Positions 1 through 11,335 of a DNA stretch of 64,000 bases are shown piece after piece. The translations under genes and the position numbers were made by a program. Under the pieces are notes generated by a model that saw only the letters and a program-made list of their open reading frames with translations, ran no database searches and was not told the origin of the DNA. This DNA comes from Selaginella moellendorffii. Taxonomy: Eukaryota > Plantae > Lycopodiophyta. The stretch covers positions 1,198,204-1,262,203 of the forward strand of contig NW_003314271.1 in the NCBI RefSeq assembly GCF_000143415.4, in the 5' to 3' direction. Each line of letters opens with the position of its first letter. Position 1 is the first letter of the stretch.

Positions 1-1319
1 GGACCCGAGATGGAGTCCGAGATGGACCCGAGATGGGCACGAGATGGAGTCCGAGATGGAGTCCGAGATGGACCCGAGATGGGCACAAGATGGAGTCCGA
101 GATGGAGTCCGAGATGGACCCGAGATGGAGTCCGAAGTCGAGACCGAGACCAAGACCGAGACCGGGGCCGAGACCGAGACCGAGATCGGGACCGAGACCG
201 ACACCGAGGCCGAGGCCGAGACCGAGCCCGAGCCCGAGTCCGAGTCCGAGTCTGAGTCCGAGTCCAAGTCCGAGTCCGAGTCTGAGTCCGAGTCCAAGTC
301 CGAGTCCGAGTCCGAGTTCGAGTCTGAAGAGGGTGAAAGCCCCAAAGCATTCGTCTCCCAGACCCTGGGGGGTGAGCTCCAAAAGCATAGTAGGGGGACG
401 ACTGCAGTGGAGCCAGTTTGGCCAGGAAAGGCCAGTTTGGCCCAGGAAGGTCAGACCCAGTGTTGGGTGATGAGCTGCCCACTGGGAAGCCCAAGACTAG
501 AGTGAACACGGACCGACAAGCGGGGTAGCTTGGTGAAGTGTTCAAGAGCCGGCTCTAGTTCCCCCGGGAGATCGACTGGCCGATGCTCCCAGTCCAAGTG
601 TGGGTGGCACTACCTACTTGGATACCTGTCGTGGCTCAACGGAACCTCGCTCTAAGCCCCTGGCTAGAGCACCTAAAGGCGAAAGGCGGGAGAGTACCCA
701 TGAGGCTCGCGTAAGGCTACGGTGTTCCGAAATGTTGTCCCAAAGGCCCAGACTGTGGAAAGGAAGAGGAGCAGTCCTCTGGGGCAGTGACCAAGGATGC
801 AGTCGTGTGGTGAGGAAGTCCCAGAGGACCTTGGGACTTAGTGGTCGGGCCTGTGGGCCTTGATCCAATGGCGGTGTTGGCAAACACGGCCAAGGGCAGA
901 AAGGGACTTAGTGGGGATTGGAACAGAGATATCGGGGAAGGCTATTCCCCACGTCTGTAGGCATCCTAAGGATGTTAAGGAGTGGATCTGGGATGATCAC
1001 TCATGGACGGATGACCCAGTCTTTGAGAGACGGGATTGGAATGTAGGTGGTGTTGGACCACCAGTGTGACCAAGGTAAATGGGCATAGCCTTAGCGTAAC
1101 GGGCCGATACGTCGGTGGTACCTTGGGGTGTCGATCATGGGATCAGACACGTGGAGCACTTAGACCAAGTGCTAAGGTTGGGTGGCATGGATGCCATTCT
1201 CAGGGCTAGCAAGCCCCAAGTCCTGAGTTGGACTTATGGAGGTTGTGAATGAGACTCCTCCAAGTGGTTGGAGGTGTGATTAAGTGACTAAAGTAGAATG
1301 GAAAAATTTGTCGCTTACA
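1..1319 (+). mobile_element. Family A LTR, 5' part outside window
   Basis: Same GAGATGGAGTCC/GAGATGGACCC minisatellite, CCGAGA/CCGAGT array and body as LTRs 28064-29652 and 33726-35384. Ends ...TCGCTTACA at 1319. Not followed by a PBS. Confidence 0.9.
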
Positions 1320-3216
1320 GTTTAGCAGGAACTAAACCAATAAAAGGGAGTAAACCACCCCAGGTGGTCAAATGAGTCTCTATGTTAAAGAGGTTATGCT
1401 CCTTAGAGGATGGACAAGGCATGGTGAGCCTTCGGTGTCAAACCATAGACAAATATTGGTTGGGTGCCAAGGATGGAAATGGTAACACATGCGGGTGTTA
1501 CTTTATGAAAGGGTTTACCGTTCAATGAGGACATCAAACTTTTTCTATGGGTGGTGGAGTTGTGAGACATAAAATCCCTAGGCCCCAAAGTGGAGCCTAA
1601 AGGGTGCCACGTGGTAGTGGCCGAAGCAAAAGCCAAACAAGCGTAACACGTTTGGACTAAAAGCTCCGACTTGAAAAGGTCGAGAGTGGGAGTGGAACTC
1701 CCAATGAAGTGCTCGAGGAACAAGCATGAAGTGAAAGATAAGTGAGTCTATAGAAAAAAGATACAAGAGGACCGACACATGAAATGTGGAAGAGTCTGAG
1801 ATGGAGTCCAAGATGGACCCAAGATGGAGTTCGAGATGGACCGAGACGGAGTCCGAGATAGAGTCCGAGATGGACTCGAGACGGAGTCCGAGATGGAGTT
1901 CGAGATGGACCCGAGATGGAATCCGAGATGGAGTCCGAGATGGACCAAAACGGAGTCCGAGATGAGTCCGAGATGGAGTCCGAGATGGAGTCCGAGATGG
2001 AGTCCGAGATGGACCCAAGATGGAATCCGAGATGGAGTCCAAGATGGACCCGAGGTGGAGTCCGAGATGGACCCGAGATGGAGTTTGAGGTCGAGACCGA
2101 GACCGGGACCGAGACCAAGACCAGGACCGAGACCGAGATCAAGACCAGGACCGAGACCGAGACCGAGGCCGAGGCCGAGTCCGAGACCAAGCCCGAGCCC
2201 GAGTCCGAGTTCGAGTCTGAGAGGGTGAAAGCCCAAAGCGTTCATCTCCCAGACCTTGGGGGGTTTGGTGAGCTCCAAAAGTATAGTGAGGGGGAGGACT
2301 GCAATGGAGCCAGTTTGGCCAGGAAAGGCCAATTTGGCCCAGAAAAACTGTACCCAATGTTGGGTGATGAGCTGCCCACTAGGAAGTCCAAGACTAGAGT
2401 GAACACAGACCAACAAGTGGGGTAGCTTGGTGAAGTGTTCAAGAGTTGGCTCTAGTTCCCCTGGGAGATCGACTGGCCGATGTTCCCAATCCAAGTGTGG
2501 GTGGCACTACCTACTTGGATACTTAGTGTGGCTCAATGGAACCTCGCTCTAAGCCCATGGCTAGAGCACCCAAAGGCAGAAGGCAAGGAGAGTACCCATG
2601 AGGCTTGCATAAGGCCACGGTGTTCTGAAATGTAGCCCCAAAGTCCCAGATTGTGGAAAGGAAGAAGAGTAGCCCTCTGGTGTGGTGACAAAGAACACAG
2701 TCACACAGTGAGGAAGTCCCAAAGGACAGTTGGACTTAGTGGTCGGGCCTGTAGGCCTTGATCCAGTGGCAGTGTTGGTGAACACCGCCATGGACAGGAA
2801 GGGACTTGGTGGGGACTGGAAAGGAGACATTGGGGAAGGCTATTCCCCATGTCTGCAGGCATCCTAAGGATGCTATAGAGTGGATCTGGGATAGCCACTC
2901 ATGGATGGATGGCCTAGTCTTTGAGAAACGGGATTGAAATGCAGGTGGTGTTGGACCACCGATGTGACCAAGGTGAATGGGCATGGCCTAGCATAATGGG
3001 CTGGTATGTTGGTGGTACCTTGGGGTGTCGGTCATAGAATCAGACATGTGGAGCACTTGGACCAAGTGCAAAGGTTGAGTGGCATAGATGCCATTCTTGG
3101 AGTTAGCAAGCCCTAAGTTCTAAATGGGACTTATGGAGGTTGTGAATGAGACTCCTCCAAGTGGTCGGAGGTGCAATTAAGTGACTAAAGTAGAATGGAA
3201 AATTTAACCACTTACA
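1320..3216 (+). mobile_element. 3' end of a family A element: last ~240 bp of internal region with PPT, then 3' LTR 1561-3216
   Basis: 1320-1560 matches 33485-33725 and ends in PPT GGGTGGTGGAGT. LTR starts TGTGAGAC at 1561 and ends CTTACA at 3216. Confidence 0.9.
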
Positions 3217-3430
3217 CTTTGCTCCTTGGTTATAAACTTGGGAGTTTGGCTTCGTTCCTTCATTCAATGGCCCAAAGCCTTGAAACTCGGGTTCCACTCC
3301 GCTATCCTTAGGGACATATGGCATGTGGTATGTGGCATGTGGCATGTGACATATGGCACATGAAGGGTTTAGGTTCCACTTCATAGTTATTCTATGGTAA
3401 ATCATCATAGGATAAAGGGTGGAAAACATA
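3217..3430 (-). repeat. Fragment of degenerate dispersed repeat 'family C' with (TGGCATG)n tract
   Basis: Reverse complement of ~35560-35815 (e.g. GAAACTCGGGTTCCACTCC vs GGAGTGGAACCCGAGTTTC). Confidence 0.75.
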
Positions 3431-3607
3431 TGTGCTACAACTCTTTATCAACAACAACAAATGGGCCCTTTTTCTCTATGGTTGAACTTTTATAGATTGT
3501 TTTTTGAATTATTCCCTTTGATTGTTTATACAAGATTAGTATAAGTGAATAAAAGTGTACTCACTTTTTCCAATTGGTTAAGAGTCTTGGGATACTTAGG
3601 GTTAAAC

Positions 3608-5857
3608 TGTGAGACACAAATCCTCGAGCCCCAAAGTGGAGCCAAAAGGGTGCCACATGGTAGTGGCCAAAACGAAAGCAAACAAGCATAACATGTTTAG
3701 ACTAAAATCTCTAACTTGAAAAGTCGAGAGCGAAAGTGTGTGACACAAATTCTAGAGCCCCAAAGTGGAGCTAAAAAGGTGGTAGTGGCTGAAGCAGAAG
3801 CCAAATAAGCATAACATATTTAGACTAAAAGTTCTAAGTTGAGAAGTCAAGAGTGAGAGTGGAACTCCCAATAAAGTGCTCAAGGAATAAGCACGAAGTG
3901 AGCAATAAATGAGTCTCTAGAAAATGGACACAAGAACACATGACACGTGGAAGTGTCAAGATGGAATCCAAGATAGAGTCCAAAAATGGAGTTTGAGATG
4001 GAGTTCAAGATGGAGTCCAAGATGGATCCAAGATGGAGTCCAAGATAAAGTTTGAAATGGACCCGAGATGGAGTTCAAGATGGACTTAAGATGGAGTCTG
4101 AAATAAACTTGAGATGGAGTTCGAGATGGACCCAAATGGAATTCAAGTTCGAGACCAAAACCGAGATCGAGACTAGGACCGAGTCTGAGTTTGAGACCGA
4201 GACCGAGTCTAAATCCAAGTCTGAGTCCGAGTCTGAATACTAATACAGGCTATATGTAGCACATGTGATCATAAGATGAGATTTGGATATACTGTCACCA
4301 TGGATCCTTGGAACTTTTGGGGATAAATGGGGATAAAATAGACACTAAGGGCTCTCTCATCAAGCAATTGCCCCTTTTTCAATTGGCTTAAGGGGAGAAA
4401 GATAGGTGCATTACATGTGGTATCGGAGTAAATGGCACGGGTTTGATTCCCATTGATTAGTGGCTCCTTAAAAATATAATATACCCTTGAGCAAGGTATA
4501 TTCCTACCCCTAAATTTGAAATAGTACATATTAGACATCCATGCATATGTCCTTCCTTTTGTGTGGAGTTTCCACGGATGAAGGTATCCACCATAGGACT
4601 GCGGTACAGGTGGATGACTAGTTGCCTCACATGGAATAGCTGGTCTACACAATGGAAGAATTGGTAAATTGAGTGCGGAAATGGAGGTGCTGGTTCCCCT
4701 TGGCTCAGTAGGGTTGTTAGTTAATAGTCAATGACAACATTGACATCTCTAAAGGGGGGGTGAGTGTAATCATGGGATGAGATTTGGATATACTGTCACT
4801 GTGGATCCTTGGAACCTTGGGGGATAAATGGGGATAAAATAGACACTAAAGGCTCTCTCATTAAGCAATTGCCCCTTTTCCAGTTAGCTTAAGGGGAGAG
4901 AGATAGGGTGCACTATACTATGGAATGAAAGCCCAACTCTAGTAAAACCAGTTTAACTAGGAAAGGCTAGTGTGACATAGGAAAGCTATACCCACATGTT
5001 GGGTGATGATATATTCACTAAGAAGTCTAAGGCTAGAGTGAATATGGACTGACAAGTAGGGTAGCTTAATGAAGTGTTCAAAAGCTAAGTTTAGTTCCTT
5101 CGGGAGATCGAAAGGTCGATGCTCCTAATCCAAATATGGGTGGCACTACCTACTTAGATACCTAGTGTGGCTCACTGGAACCTTGCTTTAGCCCCATGGC
5201 TATAGCACCCAAAGGCGGAAGGTGGGGAGAGTACCCATGAAGCTTGCGTAGGGCCATGGTGTTTCAAAATGTCGTCCTAAAGTCCTGGACTATGGAAAAT
5301 AAGAGGAGTAGTCCTCTAGTGTATTGATCAAAGATATAGTCACATGGTAAGGAAGTCCCAAAGGATAGTAGGATTTTGTGATCAGGCCTTCGAGCCTTGA
5401 CCTAGTGGTGGTGTTAGCAAGCACTACCGTGGATGAAAAAGGATTTGGTGGGGATGGAAAAAGGGGCATTAGGGAAGGGTGTTCCTTATTTATCAAGGCA
5501 TCCTAAGGGTGCTAAGATGTGGTCAATCGATGACCACTCATGGATGGATGGCCCAATATTTGAGAGATAGGACTGTGATATAAGTAGTCTTGAACTATTG
5601 ATGTGACAAGGGTGAATGGGCATGGCTTTAGCGTAATAGGATGATATATCGGTGGTACCTTTGGGTGCCGGTAATGGAATCAAACACATAAAGCACTTGG
5701 ACCAAATGCAAAGGTTAAATGGCATAGATGCCATTCACAGGGCTAGTATGCCCCTAAGTCTTAAATAAGACTTATGGAGGTTGTGAGTGAGACTCTTTCA
5801 AATGGTCAAAGGTGCGGTTAAGTGACTAAAGTAGAATGGAAAAATTAATCACTTACA
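3608..5857 (+). mobile_element. Family A solo LTR (older, with internal duplication and a nested TRIM)
   Basis: TG...CA ends; exact 5-bp TSD TAAAC (3603-3607 and 5858-5862). First ~130 bp duplicated at ~3737. Confidence 0.9.
4255..4917 (+). mobile_element. TRIM (non-Cassandra) with ~150-bp LTRs
   Basis: Direct repeats 4255/4264-4415 and 4765-4917. PBS TGGTATCGGAG at 4418; PPT AAAGGGGGGGTGAG before 4765. Near-TSD CTATA/CTATG. No coding capacity. Confidence 0.85.
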
Positions 5858-6203
5858 TAAACATCCTTGAGTTTTAATAGTATTAAATTGGGTGACCTTT
5901 CAAAAAGTTTAAATTTAATAACTTACAATTGGTATTAGAGCAATCTCATGTCTGACTCTGTTGGTTGGCTAAAGGAATCACATTACATGTTAAACTTAAC
6001 ATCTAGCAGGCCTAGTTTACATCCATCTGAGCTCGACCTAAGGGGTAGGGTGTCAAAAGAGCAAGACTCTTGGGAGAGTTGCAGCTCTTAGCTTTTGTTT
6101 GAAAAGGCATGAATTTGTAAGAAAGCATGATGGATTGTAAATAACTAAAAAGAATTTCTCAAGAGACAATCCATAGGAAAGGGCCCATAAATAAAAGTGC
6201 ACT

Positions 6204-6227
6204 AAGCTCTATTTCGTTAAAGTGGGA
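6204..6227 (+). repeat. Left TIR of the 12.5-kb transposon
   Basis: Exact reverse complement of 18652-18675. Confidence 0.9.
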
Positions 6228-6645
6228 ATTGTCATTATCCCACTTGTAAAATAAGGTTTCCAAACCTTTATATAGTATATAAATATAACAAAATTCAACT
6301 GCATTGAGGCACATGCCATTTTATTTTAAACAAGGAAATGTCTACTCAGTCACTTCTCCTCCCCCTGCCACTGCTTCACCTCTCTCTTCTCCTTGTCATC
6401 GTCGTCCAATTTCTTTCCATCCTTTTAATATTGGCTCAGTTGCTCCGAGTCTAGGTGGAGCCCAAGTCCCCATTCAATCTTTACTTTCCCCTTATTAATA
6501 AAACAACTTCGTAGACTTCCAATAACATGCTATAACACTTCTAGTATAATGCAAATCCTCTCAAAGAATTGTCTTTTAATATTAATACAATGGCATGGAA
6601 CCCCATGCCATAATAAGTTACATTTTTAAATAAATACATGCCATC

Positions 6646-7510
6646 TCAAACTGTTATTTTTTGCCTCCAACGCCTATACAATAATCTTGGAATTTCATCA
6701 CTCTCCACACTATCAGGATTTAAACCCAATAGTAATGCCATCTCTTCTCTAATATGTCCACGCTCATGTTCAGTGGTCGAAGAACCCATCCGGTTGAGCA
6801 GATTATGGAGATGCGGATAGTGCTTGGCTAGACAATATACATGCCATAAATGATGACTGGTGTCTGTCCGATCAAATGGCTTCTGATATACCATTCCATC
6901 TGCCATTTGGTTGATTTCTGCAGCCACCTCCTGGACTGGCCGGTTCTCTATCACCATCGCTCCAAGCCGTTTTGCAAGGTCCCCCAGAACATATGGTTTC
7001 TTCTCCCTAGTTTCCATACTGCAAGAGATGGGGTGCACTGCATATGTGTGCGTGTTTGCTGCAGTTTTAATCAGCGAGTCATCGATGATGAGGATTTCAC
7101 TTGACCTAGCAGTCCGGTTCATCACTATAGCCTCTGGCTTGACGAAGATGGGCTTGCTACCCCTCACATGGACCATAGTCAAGCAATCCTCCTGCGTTAG
7201 GAGAAAGTCAAATGGTAATATTACTCGCGTCTGATCGTGCATCATCTGTAGCAACGTTAATGCATTGTGGCGCATCATGGATGTCCAAACTCCCAATTGC
7301 AAATTGAACCCGGCCCTCTATTTTAAGTGTCGCATGGTCATTATTAGATCCCGCAGTTTCTCCCGTGTGATTAATATGAATCTGTCTCTTTTGACCAACT
7401 TGCGATCGCAGGCTTTGGAGGGTGCAGTGACATTCGAGGACGAGCCACGCTCATGGGAGAAAAGGACACCGTTCAGATCAAAAACGATACAGTACCTTCG
7501 CCGTGACTCT
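6646..7510 (-). pseudogene. FCP1/NIF-family (CTD small phosphatase-like) HAD domain of the cargo gene
   Basis: Motifs in correct order: IVFDLNGVL, LGVWTS, FLLTQEDC, KPIFVK, ILIIDDS..K...N....VHP. One in-frame stop at 7318-7320. Confidence 0.75.
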
Positions 7511-9429
7511 GAAATGAAATGCGTCAGCATAAAAAATGGTACAAGTCAATTTTACCATCTACAATATTAGCGAATGGTGCTCCCGATGGTCGTTGAGAGG
7601 GTTTTGGTCAAGGAAACGTGAAGGGCGGAAATACTCTCCTCTGCAATGTGGGGTCAATCGCATCCGATGGCGTGTGGGCACATGCCATTTCAGCTGTAGA
7701 CTCTGGTACAACTGGCTCAACAGTGGCATGGGGTGGTTTCGATGGCGTGTGATCACACGCCATTTCAGCTGGTGCCTCCGTTGGCAAAGTGGACATGACC
7801 AAACAGGCAGCAGGGGCGGTGTAGGGAGGTTCCAACGGCACGTAGTCAGACGATTGGGCACACGTTGAGTCCGTTGGAAATGAGGATACGACCGGCTCGG
7901 CAGCTGGGGCGGCCTCATGCGGGTCCAATGGCGCCTGGTCACCATCAGTTGGATACGTGGACAAGATTGACTCAGTGGTATGGGCAGCATCAAGTGGAGC
8001 GTGGTCAGCTTGCTTGGCGTTGATATGGATAGTAGCCTCCACCAGCTCTGATGACTCTTGCAGGCAAGTAGAGTCCACTGGCGAATCCATATGCATGTCC
8101 AAATATCTCCCTTCAATTGAGATGGTATCCTCCCTACTGGCTACTAAAAACAAACTCATTAGCACATTGAATCGACTATACTGTATTTACCATCAACTGC
8201 TATTGAGGAACTAGGACCGATATCACTTGGGCACACTGCTGATTCTGAAGGATTGAACATACGTTTCGACCCTTGCTTGGCACTATCCTTCCTCGACACT
8301 AAAGGCTAGAGTTTGTATCTTAATTCAACTGAATAATCTCTACTTACCATTTGCTTTGCAACCTACATGGACAATGTTAGAAATGGTAAAAGGTTAGGAA
8401 TGGATGTACTATTATTTACCTGATGGTTTGTCTTGTATAACCTTTCTCCGTTGCTCTTTGGCCACCTCAGGCTGGCCATCGTCGTCATCATCGTCGTCGT
8501 CGTTATTGTGATCGTCACCATTGTGAGGACCATCCAAGTCCTCTTCATCCTCCTCTTCTTCGTCCTCCTCTTCTTTGTCCTCCTCTTCGTCCTTCTGCTC
8601 TTCCTGCTCATTATCTTTCTCTGGCTCCTCATCCCCCTCCTGCATTTCTTCCATAGGCTGCTCAGGCTGGATGGCTTATTCTTCCAAGACCATCTTGGGA
8701 AAATCATCTGGCCGAGTCTCCATCTCAAAATACAAGACATCCATAGCCTGTTTTAGTGCGTGACCTAGGACCGTATCCTCACCCGACTGTCTTAACATGG
8801 TTTCTGCACGTTCTTGCACCCTTCGAAGACGACGAGATGAGAAAAACGTGGCCCTGACTTGAAAAGCATCCCTCATCCATTGTACCTCTCCATTGAGATT
8901 GGGGAAGGGGAGTCCGCCATAGGAATCTGAGTCAGGAGGTGGTGACCGCGAGGCATTACCTATCATCTTTTCGTTGCCCTTCTTCCTTTTCGAATCAAAC
9001 GCCTCTGATCCCGACGACTGTCCAACGTGCTTTCGCTTTTTATGACCACTGTCAGTTTAAGCTTGGCTGGTGCTTGCCTGTTTTGCCTTTGAAGAAGTGT
9101 CTCCTGCAAGGAATGGCATGAGACCACACGCCATTGCAAATATAATTTGTACCTCCTTTTTTCCTATTGCTTGTCTGTTTGTCCTTCTTCGACGCGCCAC
9201 CAGTGCACTTTTTAGTCCTCGTGTCTGAATATTCACAATGATCTATAATCAAAATGGCGTGAGGCCTCACATGACCTTACCTTGTGCAGGTTGTAAGCTC
9301 GGCCCAACAGTAGCTGTTAACGCCGTTTCAGCATCTGGGGGTGGCCATGCTCCTGCATACAGAGCTTGTGAGATAACATTTAAACTTAAAGTGCGTACTC
9401 ACCAGGTTCGTAGAGAAAATACTGTTTTT

Positions 9430-10050
9430 CTTTGGCAACTGTAATTATATGCTTCATTGAAGTCACCTCTTCAATGGAGTTTGTCACCGCAACACACGGG
9501 ACACCCTTGAGTAGTGCGGCTCGAAAGAATAGTCCGCCGCAGTTGTACTCGACAACGCATTTGCCCTTGGAGTTGGAAGCAGGTGCTATTGCGTTGAAGA
9601 CCCAGCTGAGCATTTCCCATGTTGCACCTGGAGCTTTCTCTGGATTCGAAAGCTCCATAGCCGTCTTCAGTTCCTCAGGCACAGGTAAATTGACCTCCCT
9701 CAGATCAATTCAATCGGCCTTGTCGAACGAAGCTGGGAAGTCACTCCAGTCCCACTCTGCTGCAGGACCAATAACAAGGGCGAGTGTGAAGATGCGGACA
9801 TTCGTCGGTATCTTCTTCTTAGCCATTATCCCATGGATCTCCTGCATCTCCTTGCCTTTCAACCGAGCCTTCACCTCGTTCAAGGCCTTCCAGAACTTGT
9901 GATAGGATTCAGAGTCATAGATCATATAGTGGACTGAAGATTCCACCTCCGCAAGTCCCACCATTAAGTCAATGATGGAGCTGACTTCGTCTGCATGAGT
10001 GATCTCCTCGTTTGTGAAGTCCATCACACAAAAGATGTTCTTGACCTGCT
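9430..10050 (-). pseudogene. Degenerate N4/N6 (beta-class) DNA methyltransferase-like region
   Basis: NPEKAP..WEMLSWVF..GKCVVEYNCGG.FFRAALLKGVPCVAV resembles the HPxEKP..LI..GDxVLDxFxGxG..AA..GRxCIG end of beta-class MTases. No clear DPPY/SPPY motif (IFCVMDF at the expected place). Confidence 0.4.
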
Positions 10051-10939
10051 CATCTCCGCGGGAAACGATGCTCCTCCACCTTTGATCCTCATTCGAATTC
10101 ACGTATACCCGGTAAGGTTCTCGATAGGCCTCTGATGCGGGGTCGAGCTGTTTCTGAAGCCGGCGGTTGACATCCCTCTTAATGAAATTTGGATACTGAT
10201 CCAACTTCTCAGCTTTACTTTTCGTGGCATCCCGCAGCAGATCGATGAACTTGGGGGCCCCCTTCACGTAGTCGTCGATGTCTTCATGCTGCCCGGAGAC
10301 GGCATAGAACCGGATGTTCTGATCATCCAACACCTTCCTATTGATCAAGTCTGGAAACCTCGTCTCGCCCTGCTCACCCTCTCCACGGCCACTTGCTCGA
10401 AGATCCAATCCTTCAATAGCGCACGAGCTCTCAAAGTCGTGCACAAGTCCTCGTATGTCACAATATGGCCGGGAGTCATTTTGGTCTTGTTGAAGACTAC
10501 CTCACCATGTAGAAGAGCATTAGCCACTGTCAGAAGGTCGTTGTCGTCTAGAGACCGCGAGAAACGCAAGGCGTTGAGCTTCAAATCATTGGGCTTCCGG
10601 CCGTCCTCCACACCCATTGAGTTTAGCAACTCCCCGTCATGGTACCTCCTCAGCACATCTACCCATTTGTCAAAAAAAACTTTTATCGCGAGTAGAATGT
10701 TATGGATGCTGAGTGTGTCATTGACCCCCAGTGTTTTCGAGAGAAGACTCGAGAATTCCTGCAATGGAAATGGCGTGAGGCCACATGCTATGCCACATGC
10801 AACGAGGCTTACCTGCCAGGCGCTAGTTGCTAGTGCACGTCCTTGTCCTGGTTTTTGTGGCTTCTTCAGTTGAACCCAGAGCTTCCGTGTTCGTGCCAAT
10901 GTCTCATGCAGACCCGATTTGTAGCACGTTTCTTGCTTG

Positions 10940-11335
10940 ACATTCTGCGCGTGGGAGATGGATATGATAGATCGGAGGGGCGAGTTGCCTTTTATCAGGT
11001 AGACAACTCTTGTCTTGAAGACTTTCTTCACCTCCTCGCCCACTATAATATCCAGAACTATCTCTTGCATCGCCAAGCTAGAATGCTGCCCGGAGACGGC
11101 ATAGAACCGGATGTTCTGATCGTCCAACACCTTCCTATTGATCAAGTCTGGAAACCTCGTCTCGCCCTTCATTGTTCGGTAGTAGGGGATCACGTCTGCG
11201 ATGTCGGGTGTTACTGGACTTGCTAGCATCTTCTGCTTCAGTTTCTCCACCCACTCATCAGATACTAGCCTGTGGTTGTATTTGCTTTGAATGTCGATAC
11301 AGCTCACGTCGATTGTATATACTTTGTTGGAATAG
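10940..11335 (-). pseudogene. ParB/Sulfiredoxin-like domain of the cargo gene
   Basis: YTIDVSCIDI..YNHR.VS.EWVEKLKQKM...FYAVSGQHS.LAM pattern corresponds to the ParB N-terminal fold with its (D/G)GxHR-type box. Confidence 0.55.

Larger units (their letters stand above)
3545..6203 (+). mobile_element. Degenerate Cassandra-type TRIM, interrupted by a family A solo LTR and truncated by a DNA transposon
   Basis: 5' LTR pieces 3545-3607 and 5858-5927 rejoin into a 5S-like core (GGGTTAAAC|ATCCTTGAG..TAGTATT..TGGGTGACC). PBS TGGTATTAGAGC at 5930. Internal region matches 58374-58575. 3' LTR starts TGTAA at 6136 and is cut at ~6203. Confidence 0.8.

Noticed and set aside
10-505. ORFs rich in MESE / RWSP / GVRD / PRPR repeats (also at 1578-2494, 28047-28928, 33743-34441, 45362-46123)
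   Set aside because: Translations of the LTR minisatellite, open in several frames on both strands; not genes.
3318-3362. (TGGCATG)n tract as part of the palindrome system
   Set aside because: It is a tandem direct 7-mer within family C, with no inverted arm or GGCC centre.
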